From: Actinomycetota bacterium
GTDB taxonomy: Bacteria; Actinomycetota; UBA4738; HRBIN12
Direction of reading: 5' to 3'
NCBI GenBank assembly: GCA_005884925.1
Contig: VAYU01000027.1
Span: forward strand, 10,194-74,193
Length of the DNA: 64,000 nt
Position 1 is the stretch's first letter. Every line of letters begins with the position of its first letter. A program made the translations under genes and the position numbers. Below are positions 56,090-64,000 of this stretch, one piece after another. Below the pieces are notes generated by a model. The model did no database searches. It had not been told where the DNA came from and saw nothing but the letters and a program-made list of their open reading frames with translations.

Positions 56090-58336
56090 CTACGGCCCCG
56101 GCGAACCCGTTCCTTTCGGTGACGGCGTGGGGCTGGGCTCCGTGCTCGGCGATGCCGACGGGCTGGGTGACGGTGACCGACTGGGTGGAGGCGTTGGGGT
56201 CGCGCTCGGGGCACCGGAGGGCGACCCGCACGCGTGCGGGCTCGCGCCCGAGCCGGACGGAACAGCACACGGTGACGCGGTGGCTGGAGGCGACGGGTAC
56301 ACGGTGTGGCTGGGTCCGACCGAGTATCCAGTGAACGAGGGGACCGGGAAGGCAACCGGGGGCTTGCTCTGCATCGCGACGGACATGAAATCGTGCCAGA
56401 TCGCTGCCGGGATCGTCCCGCCGTACACGGAGGAGACCCCTTCGACGTTCGCGAGTGGGATCTCCCCGGCGGGCCAACCCATCCACACGCACGTCACGAT
56501 CTGCGTCGTGTAGCCACAGAACCACGCGTCCACGTTGTTGTTCGCCGTCCCCGTCTTGCCTGCGACGGGATACGGCGGGATCGCGGCGTCGACGCCCGTC
56601 CCCTCCCGGACCACGCCCTGGAGCGCCCACGTCACGAGCTCGGCGTCGTTCTGGTTGATCACCTGGTCCCCTTGCGGCGCCACCGATGGATCGATCTTCC
56701 CGACGCCGCTTTTCACCTGGAGGAGCGGGGTGGCCCAGAACCGCTCACCGTGATCGGCGAGGGTCGCGTAGGCGTTCGTCATCTCGAGGGGGTTGACCGC
56801 GACCGACCCGAGCGTGATGGAGCACACAGGCGGAAGATCCGAGCGGATCCCCAGCGCGTGCGCCATGTCGACCACGTTCGTGGGTCCCAGCTGGGCGACC
56901 ACCTGCGCGAAGATCGTGTTCACCGAGTGGGCGGTTGCGCCGGCCAGCGTGAAGGTCCCCGCTTCGCCGTCGCCCGCGTTGACCGGGTGCCACAAGCCAT
57001 CGGGCTGGGTGGGGTCGGTGCAGCCGGGCACGGCGAGCGTCGAGGGCCCGTACCAGTACGCGTTCAGGTCGTACCCGGCCTGCATCGCCGCCGCCAGCGT
57101 GAACGCCTTGAACGCGGAACCGGCTTCGCGACCCGACCCGCCCGCCATCGTTGCGAAGTTCAGCTTGTTGTGGGCCCAGTCGCGACCGCCCGCCATCGCC
57201 AGGATCTGTCCGTTGCTCGGGTCCATCGCGACGAGCGCGGCCGCCGGGTCGTGGTGCTTGTCGGGCAGCTCCTGAGCGATCGCGGCCTCCGCCGCATGCT
57301 GGAGACCGAGATCGAGGGTCGTGGTGACCCGCAGCCCTCCTCCGAACACCTTGGCCTCGCCGTACCGGTCGATCAGGAGTCGACGGGTGTAGTCGACGAA
57401 GTACTCGGATCGGCCAGGTGCCACGATCCGTGCGCCGGCGTTGGCTTTTACCGTTCCGCAGCAGGGCTTCGCCTGCAGCTTCGTCTCGGTGGCGGGATCG
57501 AGGTAGCCGTACTTGACCATCTGCTGGAGCGCGTAGTCACGCCGGAACTTGTTGTCGTACGGCCGGTCGATGGGGTCATAGGACTCCGGTGCGTGCAGGA
57601 CCCCGGCGAGGGAGGCCGACTCCAGGACGGTGAGCCGGCTCGCGGGCTTGCCGAAATAGGTCTCCGCGGCTGCTTGGATGCCATAGGCCCCGTGGCCGAA
57701 ATACACGGTGTTGAGGTACTTCTCGAGGATCGTGTCCTTGCCGAGCTCCTTCTCGAGCTTGACCGCTAACAGCGCCTCGCGGACCTTCTCGGTGATGGAT
57801 CGCTCAGGCGGGACGTACACGCGGAGCCCGGAGTCCGGATCGATCTCGTACGAGCCCGCGTACACGTTCTTGACCAGCTGCTCCGTGATCGTGGACGCGC
57901 CCTGGACAGGCTCCCGCTTGACGAGGTCGGTGTAGGCGGCTCGCAGGATCCCCGTGACGTCGACACCGGGGTGGTTGTAGAAGCCGTGGTCCTCGGTCGC
58001 GATGACCGCATGGATGATGTTCGGCGACATCTTCGACAGGGGGATCACCGTTCGGTCCACCGCCCCGTGAAGCGTGGAGATCTGATGCCCGTTGCGGTCG
58101 TAGAGGTACGTGGTCCGGATCGGCGGGAGCGTGTTCGGCAGCTTGATCCGTGCGTACGCGACGTAGAGCGCACTGACGCCCAGCAGGATCACCACCAGCG
58201 GCGAGAGCAGCAGGAGCAGCCACCACCGGCGCCGGATGAAGGACTTCTTCTTCGAGGCCTTCTCCGTCGTCTTGGCGGGCGCATGTCTTGGGACGTAATC
58301 GTCCCTGCGGGTGCGGGATCTCGAGCCGGTTGCCAC
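56090..58336 (-). CDS. ponA: class A penicillin-binding protein (GT51 transglycosylase + transpeptidase)
   Basis: 748 aa. TM anchor, ATEDHGFYNHPGVD GT51 motif, SAFK transpeptidase motif, KTGT, and P/S/T-rich C-terminal tail. Confidence 0.93.
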   Translation of the reverse strand: MATGSRSRTRRDDYVPRHAPAKTTEKASKKKSFIRRRWWLLLLLSPLVVILLGVSALYVAYARIKLPNTLPPIRTTYLYDRNGHQISTLHGAVDRTVIPLSKMSPNIIHAVIATEDHGFYNHPGVDVTGILRAAYTDLVKREPVQGASTITEQLVKNVYAGSYEIDPDSGLRVYVPPERSITEKVREALLAVKLEKELGKDTILEKYLNTVYFGHGAYGIQAAAETYFGKPASRLTVLESASLAGVLHAPESYDPIDRPYDNKFRRDYALQQMVKYGYLDPATETKLQAKPCCGTVKANAGARIVAPGRSEYFVDYTRRLLIDRYGEAKVFGGGLRVTTTLDLGLQHAAEAAIAQELPDKHHDPAAALVAMDPSNGQILAMAGGRDWAHNKLNFATMAGGSGREAGSAFKAFTLAAAMQAGYDLNAYWYGPSTLAVPGCTDPTQPDGLWHPVNAGDGEAGTFTLAGATAHSVNTIFAQVVAQLGPTNVVDMAHALGIRSDLPPVCSITLGSVAVNPLEMTNAYATLADHGERFWATPLLQVKSGVGKIDPSVAPQGDQVINQNDAELVTWALQGVVREGTGVDAAIPPYPVAGKTGTANNNVDAWFCGYTTQIVTCVWMGWPAGEIPLANVEGVSSVYGGTIPAAIWHDFMSVAMQSKPPVAFPVPSFTGYSVGPSHTVYPSPPATASPCAVPSGSGASPHACGSPSGAPSATPTPPPSRSPSPSPSASPSTEPSPTPSPKGTGSPGP

Positions 58337-58419
58337 GGTCGAACGATGCTAGCAACGCATGTGCTTCGGGGGGGAAGGCCGTGTGGTGCTCTCGTGACGT
58401 TCGGAAGGACCCCTCGCGC

Positions 58420-58848
58420 TCACCCGGTCGCCGTATGCCGGCCGGTGAACGCCTCGCGGAGGTGGTTCCACTGGCACGAGCGGCAGACCTCGACCACGTA
58501 GCAGCAGGTGTCGGGATCTGCCGCCGCCATCCGCATCCCGGTGTCGATGGACCAGACGCGGCCGTTCTCCTGCTTCAACCGATCGCCGTAGACGTAGGCG
58601 AGCAGCACGAGCTTGTCCTTCTTGCAGACTGGACAGTCACTGCTGGTGGGTTCGCCCACGTACTTCGCGGCCCGCATGAGCTCGGGGTGGGCATCGCAGA
58701 GCTCGTTGACCGACTGCAGGCCTGCCTGCGCGTCGCGCAGGAGCGCGCGCTTGGCGAGCGTGTAGTCGATCACGTTCAGCTGGGACCGCTTGGAACGACC
58801 GAACGTGGGACGTTGCGCTCGCGGCGGGTCCGAGGGCTTCCTCTGCAT
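58420..58848 (-). CDS. DUF5318-family protein (conserved actinobacterial PonA neighbour)
   Basis: Trimmed to ATG 58846-58848. VIDYTLAKRALLRD...CDAHPELMRAAKYVGEPTSSDCPVCKKDKLVLLAYVYGD...CRSCQWNHL. Confidence 0.7.
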   Translation of the reverse strand: MQRKPSDPPRAQRPTFGRSKRSQLNVIDYTLAKRALLRDAQAGLQSVNELCDAHPELMRAAKYVGEPTSSDCPVCKKDKLVLLAYVYGDRLKQENGRVWSIDTGMRMAAADPDTCCYVVEVCRSCQWNHLREAFTGRHTATG

Positions 58849-58959
58849 CGTCCGGCGATGGTACACCCGAGTTCCGACGAGTGGATACGCCGAATGTCCT
58901 CGGTCGCACGGAGGGGCGCATGGCATCGGGGGTAGCCTGCGGGGCAGGAGGCAGAGAAC

Positions 58960-59436
58960 GTGGACCCGTACGGCACGCTCGATCCGGGCGCGAACGGACA
59001 GGAACGTCCTGCGCCGCGACTGCGCGAGGCCGGCACCCTCCGCGTGCTGTTCCGGGGCGCACGGAAGCGCTGTCCACGCTGCGGGGAGCGGAGGATCTTC
59101 GACGGCTGGTTCACGCTCGCGCCGAGTTGCCCGACGTGTGACCTCCGGTTCGAACGAGAGGAGGGCGGGTTCCTCGGCGCGATGGCTGTCAACTACGCCG
59201 TCGCCATCGTCTTCTGGCTCGTCGTGATGGCGGTAGGGATCGCGCTCACCGTTCCCGTGGTGCCCGTCGCGCCGCTGCTCGCCGCGAGCATCGGGGTCCT
59301 GACCGTTGTGCCGGTGTGGTTCTACCCTCGTTCGAAGACGCTCTGGGCCGCGATCGAGTTCCTCGTGGTGCGTTCCGAGCCCGGCTACCGGTCGCCGCCC
59401 CTGGTCCGTGATCCGCGTACGAAGGACCTGGAATGA
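58960..59436 (+). CDS. DUF983 domain membrane protein
   Basis: 158 aa, GTG after AGGAGG. CPRCGERRIFDGWFTLAPSCPTCDLRFEREEGGFLGAM zinc-ribbon, followed by two TM segments. Confidence 0.75.
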   Translation: MDPYGTLDPGANGQERPAPRLREAGTLRVLFRGARKRCPRCGERRIFDGWFTLAPSCPTCDLRFEREEGGFLGAMAVNYAVAIVFWLVVMAVGIALTVPVVPVAPLLAASIGVLTVVPVWFYPRSKTLWAAIEFLVVRSEPGYRSPPLVRDPRTKDLE

Positions 59437-59469
59437 CGATGGGTCGCGGCCCGTCGCCCAGGCGGTCGC

Positions 59470-59838
59470 TTACCCACTCGGCAGGTCGACCACGGCTCGG
59501 GCACGCGCGACGACGACGCGCGCACCGGGGAACAGCAGCAGATCTCCCGTCGTGACTTGGACCATGACGTCGGCTTCGAACGTTCCGACGGCGCAGGTGC
59601 ACGCCGTGAGGGTGGCGCCGTTCCGCGCGGCGTATTCGGCGGCGAGGCCCCCGGGATCAGCGCCGCTCGGCATCGCGAGCTCGTCGGCAGCCGCGAGGGC
59701 CGCCGCATCGGCCGCCGTCCGAGCTTTGGACCTGGCGATCAAGACCCGTCCGAGGTCGGTCACACCGAGAACGAACACGAGGACGATCAGGATCCCGGCG
59801 GCGAGCAGCACGGAGACCGAGCCACGCTGGCTCCTCAC
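59470..59838 (-). CDS. TadE/TadG-like pseudopilin-like protein (Rv3655c-type, secretion-neighbourhood)
   Basis: Start set to GTG 59836-59838 (GTGA overlap with the upstream TadE stop). RGSVSVLLAAGILIVLVFVLGVTDLGRVLIARSKARTAADAAALAAADE. Confidence 0.65.
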   Translation of the reverse strand: MRSQRGSVSVLLAAGILIVLVFVLGVTDLGRVLIARSKARTAADAAALAAADELAMPSGADPGGLAAEYAARNGATLTACTCAVGTFEADVMVQVTTGDLLLFPGARVVVARARAVVDLPSG

Positions 59839-60224
59839 CCGAACTCCTGGCGGGCTGCGGCGGATGCGGTGAGCGTCACTCCGGAGCCGACGAGCCAACC
59901 CACGAGCGGGACGCGGAACGATTCCTCGTAGAGGAAGCGAACCGCGACCGCAGAGCCGCGCCCGCCGACCCGCGTGGTCTCGACCGAGGCCCGAGCGGGG
60001 TCGAGACCCGGCGCAGCTTCGAGCGCGGCCGACGTGATGGCGGCGGGATCGTCCTGGACGGCGGCGGCGCGCGCGGCAGCGCGGGCCGCCGCCTCCACCA
60101 GGAGACGGTCACGGACCAACAACCCGACCTGAACGAGGGCGAGCACGACGACGAGCACGAGCGGCAGCACCAACGCGAACTCCACCGTCGCGGATCCGAC
60201 CGACCGACCGTCCTTACGCGGCAT
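59835..60224 (-). CDS. TadE-like protein
   Basis: 129 aa. GSATVEFALVLPLVLVVVLALVQVGLLVRDR, the TadE N-terminal motif. Confidence 0.75.
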   Translation of the reverse strand: MPRKDGRSVGSATVEFALVLPLVLVVVLALVQVGLLVRDRLLVEAAARAAARAAAVQDDPAAITSAALEAAPGLDPARASVETTRVGGRGSAVAVRFLYEESFRVPLVGWLVGSGVTLTASAAARQEFG

Positions 60225-60432
60225 CGGCGTTCCCGATGACCGTATCGATGATGTGGTCGAAGAACGCGGGGAGCTTGCCGGATGAGCGCGCCCACGCGAT
60301 CAGGACCACGGCGATCGCGGCCGCCGCAAGGATCACCAGCGCGTACTCCGCGGTGGTCTGGCCTTCCTCCCGACGGAGGAACGTGGTCGCTCGGACCCAC
60401 ACGGCGATCCAGAGGGGTCGGATGAACGACAT
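60214..60432 (-). CDS. DUF4244 / Flp-like small pilin-type protein
   Basis: 171-aa track ORF trimmed to ATG 60430-60432 after GGAGGTG. 72 aa with EEGQTTAEYALVILAAAAIAVVLIAW (G-x4-EY Flp-like motif plus a hydrophobic helix). Confidence 0.65.
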   Translation of the reverse strand: MSFIRPLWIAVWVRATTFLRREEGQTTAEYALVILAAAAIAVVLIAWARSSGKLPAFFDHIIDTVIGNADAA

Positions 60433-60446
60433 GGCTTCACCTCCTC

Positions 60447-61043
60447 TCAGTGGATGGACCGGACGGTGGTGAGCAAGACCGGAACCACCGTGAGGAGGAG
60501 GAATGCAGGCAGGATCAGGAAGACGAGCGGGAACAACATCTTCACGGGCGCCGTCCGAGCGCGCTCCAACGTCGCCGCCCGTCGCGCCTGGCGAACCGTG
60601 GCGGCGAGCTCGCGGGTGGCGTCCGCGAGCGAGGCCCCGAGGCTCTCGGTTCGACGGATGACCGCCATGGTCCGTCTGAGGTCGATCGATCCGGTCGCGG
60701 TCGCGTAGGCATCGAGCTCGTCCCGCCATCGAGCCCCCAGGTCGGCGAGATGAGCGACCCCGCGCAGGTCTTCGCCCAACGGACCACGCAGTGCTTCGGC
60801 CGCCCTGCGCAGCGACAACTCGGCCGACAGCCCGGCGGTCGATCCCGCGGCGAGCAGATCGAGGAGCTGCGGCACCTCGCCCTCGACGTGCCGCGCTCGA
60901 CGCCGGCTGGCCCGGCGTCCCGGCGCGGAAGGGAGCCGATCCCGATCCGCAGGAGCGAGCGCGACCGGCACGTGTCTGGGGCGGAACGCTCCGAACACCG
61001 ACAACACGGCGACGGCTGCCAGCGCGCCGGCAAGGACCGGCAT
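60447..61043 (-). CDS. tadC: type II secretion system F-domain protein (TadC-like)
   Basis: 198 aa, N-terminal TM, T2SSF core, C-terminal KMLFPLVFLILPAFLLLTVVPVLL. Confidence 0.75.
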   Translation of the reverse strand: MPVLAGALAAVAVLSVFGAFRPRHVPVALAPADRDRLPSAPGRRASRRRARHVEGEVPQLLDLLAAGSTAGLSAELSLRRAAEALRGPLGEDLRGVAHLADLGARWRDELDAYATATGSIDLRRTMAVIRRTESLGASLADATRELAATVRQARRAATLERARTAPVKMLFPLVFLILPAFLLLTVVPVLLTTVRSIH

Positions 61044-61044
61044 G

Positions 61045-61860
61045 TCACGTCACCTCCAGAAGTGCGCGGATCCAGAAGAACGCCCCGAGCTCCAGCCCCA
61101 GCCCAAGGAGCACCGACGCGAGGCCGGCCGGTGTCCCGAGGGCGCTTTCGATGTCCCGTCGCGACGTCAGCCAGAGGAAGGCGAAGAAACCGATCGGCAG
61201 CACGCCGAGGATCCAACCGGAGAGACGTGCCTGGGCGGTGAGCGCACGGACCTCCCGGCCGACGGCAACCCGCTCCCGGATCGTCGCGGCAACCTGATCG
61301 AGGACCGCGGGCAGATCGCCCCCGCTTCGACGGTGAAGGTCCAACGCACCGGCGACGAGCTGGACGTCCCGGCTCCGGCTCCGCTCGGCCCATGCGTCGA
61401 TCGTTTCGCCGAGGGGGACGCCGACCTCGATGTCCGCGACCACGCGAGCGAGGTCGTCGCGGACGGGCGATCCGGCTTCGCGCAGCGCGTACGCGATCGC
61501 CTGAGGCACGGACATACCCGAACGAACGGCCGCGGTCAGCGCGCCGATGGCGTCGGCGAGCTGCTCGTCCCGACGGTTCGCGAGGCGCTTGCGGCCTCGA
61601 TACCGGCGGATCCGCCGAACGGCCAGTGCGCAGCCAGATCCGATCAGCGCACCCGCGGGCCCGGCGACGACGAGTCCCGCACATCCGATCGCGAGCAGGA
61701 GGAGCACCGCTCGTAGCTCGAGGCGGATCGGAGGCGGGCGCTCGTGAACCTCGTGGTGGTAGTGGGCACGACGCATGATCTCCCGGTGGCTCGCTGCGCG
61801 CGCGGCCCGGTCCGCGCAAAGCGCGGCGACTCCGACGAGCGCGACAGCCAAGCCGTTCAT
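61045..61860 (-). CDS. tadB: type II secretion system F-domain protein (TadB-like)
   Basis: 378-aa track ORF trimmed to ATG 61858-61860 (ATGA overlap with the tadA stop). LADAIGALTAAVRSGMSVPQAI...ALTAQARLSGWILGVLPIGFF. Confidence 0.75.
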   Translation of the reverse strand: MNGLAVALVGVAALCADRAARAASHREIMRRAHYHHEVHERPPPIRLELRAVLLLLAIGCAGLVVAGPAGALIGSGCALAVRRIRRYRGRKRLANRRDEQLADAIGALTAAVRSGMSVPQAIAYALREAGSPVRDDLARVVADIEVGVPLGETIDAWAERSRSRDVQLVAGALDLHRRSGGDLPAVLDQVAATIRERVAVGREVRALTAQARLSGWILGVLPIGFFAFLWLTSRRDIESALGTPAGLASVLLGLGLELGAFFWIRALLEVT

Positions 61861-63125
61861 CCGGCGTCCTCTCCGACGGCGAACAGTTCCTCCCCGACGT
61901 CCTCGCCGCGCTGCTGGAGCACGTCCAGGAGCGCCGGGATCATCCCGCTCGCGCCGAAGCGCCCGGCACCGCTCTCGCGAGGACGGAACCGGAAGACGGG
62001 CTCCACCACCGGCTCGCCTCGACGCGTGCCCTCGACGACCGCGACCTCCCAGACGACGCGTCGCCCATCGCGGAGACGCGCGAGCTGCACGACCACGTCG
62101 ATCGCCGCCGCGACCTGCGCGCGGATGTGCGCGGCAGGCAGGGCGACGTCCGACATCATCGCCATCGTCTCCAGACGCCACAGGAGGTGCCGCGACGAGT
62201 TCGCGTGCGCCGTGCTGAGGCTGCCTTCGTGGCCGGTGTTCATCGCTTGGAGCATGTCGAGCGCCTCGCCGCCGCGGACCTCACCGACGATGATCCGATC
62301 GGGACGCATCCGAAGCGCGTTCCGCACCAGGTGGCGGACCGTGATCTCCCCGCGCCCTTCCACGTTCGCCGGGCGGGCCTCCAGCGAGACCACGTGCGGC
62401 TTCGCGAGTCGGAGCTCCGCGGCGTCCTCGATCGTGATCAATCGTTCCTCGTCGGGGATGAAGCCCGACAACACACCGAGGAGCGTCGTCTTGCCGCTCC
62501 CCGCACCGCCGCTGATCACGATGTTGGCGCGACCGCGGACGCATGCGGCCAGGAAGCGGAGCGCACGCGGCCCGACGCTGCAGGTGTCGAGAAGATCTCG
62601 CGCTTCGATCGCCACTTGCGAGAACCGGCGGATCGTCAGCACGGGACCGCGGAGCGAGAGAGGCGGAACGATCGCATGGACCCGGGAGCCATCCGGAAGT
62701 CGCGCGTCCACCCAAGGTGACGCCTGGTCGACCCGGAGACCCAGCGGCCCGACGATACGTTCGATCAGGTGCAGGATCGGCTCCTCCCCCTCGAATAACC
62801 GATCCGGCACCCTCTCGATCCGCCCCTCCCGCTCCACGAACACGTCGTCCGGCCCATTGACCATCACTTCGGTGACCGACGGATCCTTCAAGAGGAACTC
62901 GATCGGTCCGAACCCGACGACGTCATCGGAAACCTCGTTCACAACACGCGCGAGATCGCGCGCCGGCAGGATCGCGCCGCGCTCGCGCAGCACGGCCATC
63001 GCTTCTTCACGGACACGCAGCCGGCGCTCGGTCGGCGGCGCCGCGGCGAGCCCTCGCGCGTCGACCCGTTGCCGGAGTTGGTCTCGGAGCTCGCGACGAA
63101 CCAACGTCAACGCGTCGCGGCTCAT
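61857..63125 (-). CDS. tadA: CpaF/TadA-type secretion ATPase
   Basis: 535-aa track ORF trimmed to ATG 63123-63125 (ATGA overlap with the upstream stop). VTEVMVNGPDDVFVEREG, Walker A SGGAGSGKTTLL, ITIEDAAEL, GHEGSLSTAHAN. Confidence 0.9.
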   Translation of the reverse strand: MSRDALTLVRRELRDQLRQRVDARGLAAAPPTERRLRVREEAMAVLRERGAILPARDLARVVNEVSDDVVGFGPIEFLLKDPSVTEVMVNGPDDVFVEREGRIERVPDRLFEGEEPILHLIERIVGPLGLRVDQASPWVDARLPDGSRVHAIVPPLSLRGPVLTIRRFSQVAIEARDLLDTCSVGPRALRFLAACVRGRANIVISGGAGSGKTTLLGVLSGFIPDEERLITIEDAAELRLAKPHVVSLEARPANVEGRGEITVRHLVRNALRMRPDRIIVGEVRGGEALDMLQAMNTGHEGSLSTAHANSSRHLLWRLETMAMMSDVALPAAHIRAQVAAAIDVVVQLARLRDGRRVVWEVAVVEGTRRGEPVVEPVFRFRPRESGAGRFGASGMIPALLDVLQQRGEDVGEELFAVGEDAG

Positions 63126-64000
63126 GAGGCGACCTCGGCGGCCTCGGCGGGTGCCTGGAGCATGGTTCCCGCGAGCCGATCGAACGCGCGACCGACGCGT
63201 CCGCGGGGAGGCGACAGACGCCCATGATCTTGGAGGCGGACAGCGGCGCCGTCGAACGGTACGACGACGAGCGGTTCGCGTCCGAACACACGACGCACAT
63301 CGCTCGCGGTGATCTCGCTCCGGGCGGCGCGGTTGACGACGAGACCGACGCGATCGTCGAGGCCGTGCGGCGCGAGGATCTCGAAGGCGCGCGACGCAGC
63401 CCGGAACGACAGAACGTCGAGCGAGAGGACCTCCACGACGCGATCGGACTGATCCAGACACCACCGCGTGAGCACCGAGAGATGGCGAGGCACGTGCGCG
63501 ACGACGACATCGGCCGACGCGGCCGCGAGCCCGACGACCGTACGCAAGAGGTCGTCCTCGACGGCGTCCGTCTGCGCAGCCTCGCAGCCCAGCAGGACGC
63601 CGAACCCGGAGTCATGGTGCACCCTGATCCCATCGACGTGCTCGACCGTCAGCTCGTCGCCGACCGGGATCAGGTCCGCGATCGTGCGGACCTCCTGGTC
63701 GGCGAACCCGAGCGCCTGGGTGAGGTCGGCGAACAACGGATCGCATTCGACGAGCAGACAGGACCGGCCTCGCCGCGCGACTGCTTGAGCCAGATGCGTT
63801 GCGACGAAGGTGCACCCGGCGCCGCCGCGCGCCGCGTGCACGGCGACGACGGTGGCGCGACGCTCGGGCACGCGGCGCGCGGCGGCGAGCGCGAGCACCC
63901 GGCCCAAGAGCGCCTGGCGCTCCTGGGGCCACACGTAGAAGCCCTGAGCACCGGCGCCGATCGCGGCGCGGAGCGACGCGACCGACTCGCGGGTCGCGAG
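63122..64000 (-). CDS. CpaE/TadZ-like ParA/MinD-fold protein (gene continues beyond window end)
   Basis: Deviant Walker A AARGGAGCTFVATHLA, MinD-like core. Reading frame stays open upstream of the track start (…LATRESVASLRAAIGAGAQGFYVWPQ…) to position 64000. Confidence 0.7.
   Translation of the reverse strand, partial: LATRESVASLRAAIGAGAQGFYVWPQERQALLGRVLALAAARRVPERRATVVAVHAARGGAGCTFVATHLAQAVARRGRSCLLVECDPLFADLTQALGFADQEVRTIADLIPVGDELTVEHVDGIRVHHDSGFGVLLGCEAAQTDAVEDDLLRTVVGLAAASADVVVAHVPRHLSVLTRWCLDQSDRVVEVLSLDVLSFRAASRAFEILAPHGLDDRVGLVVNRAARSEITASDVRRVFGREPLVVVPFDGAAVRLQDHGRLSPPRGRVGRAFDRLAGTMLQAPAEAAEVAS

Overview
High-G+C (about 70% by eye) actinobacterial-type chromosomal segment, almost fully coding. 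I found no rRNA, CRISPR array, transposase or integrase. Many neighbouring genes are joined by 4-nt GTGA/ATGA stop-start overlaps, which I used to fix true starts. Most long ORFs in the supplied track are antisense or N-terminally over-extended artefacts of the G+C content.

Gene order, left to right:
- purB(partial)-purE-like-purD-purA.
- A subI-cysT-cysW-cysA sulfate ABC operon that ends in a secreted CxPxR sulfatase.
- A second sulfur cluster: tauE-usp, divergent from yezD-ssuB-ssuC.
- An MBL hydrolase and an MFS transporter.
- One long minus-strand heat-shock array: dnaK-grpE-dnaJ-hspR-GNAT-clpB-DUF3137-lemA.
- A sensor-less NarL-type two-component pair, then dcd and trpD.
- tRNA-Gly(CCC), followed by a visibly lower-G+C 2.4-kb islet (small protein, ECF sigma factor, membrane-anchored PD40 propeller).
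- nth and dnaB, with four same-orientation DnaA boxes upstream of dnaB, then a HAD phosphatase.
- rpsF-ssb-rpsR-rplI, panB, and a second two-component system.
- A split menaquinone regulon (menE | menB-menA-menD ... menF-menG-MerR). It is interrupted by a ChrB-like gene, a secreted phosphoesterase, a secreted GH9-CE4 fusion enzyme, a MerR regulator and a permease.
- Two GT-C glycosyltransferases, a third two-component system, PBP1A, DUF5318 and DUF983.
- An actinobacterial Tad/Flp-type secretion locus that runs off the right edge.

Nothing here is demonstrably a new system from sequence alone. The most unusual items are:
- the DnaA-box cluster at dnaB;
- the GH9-CE4 fusion with an AT-rich palindrome upstream;
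- the tRNA-flanked sigma/propeller islet;
- the GNAT and DUF3137-LemA genes wired into the HspR heat-shock array;
- a PurE-like protein that lacks the catalytic His.
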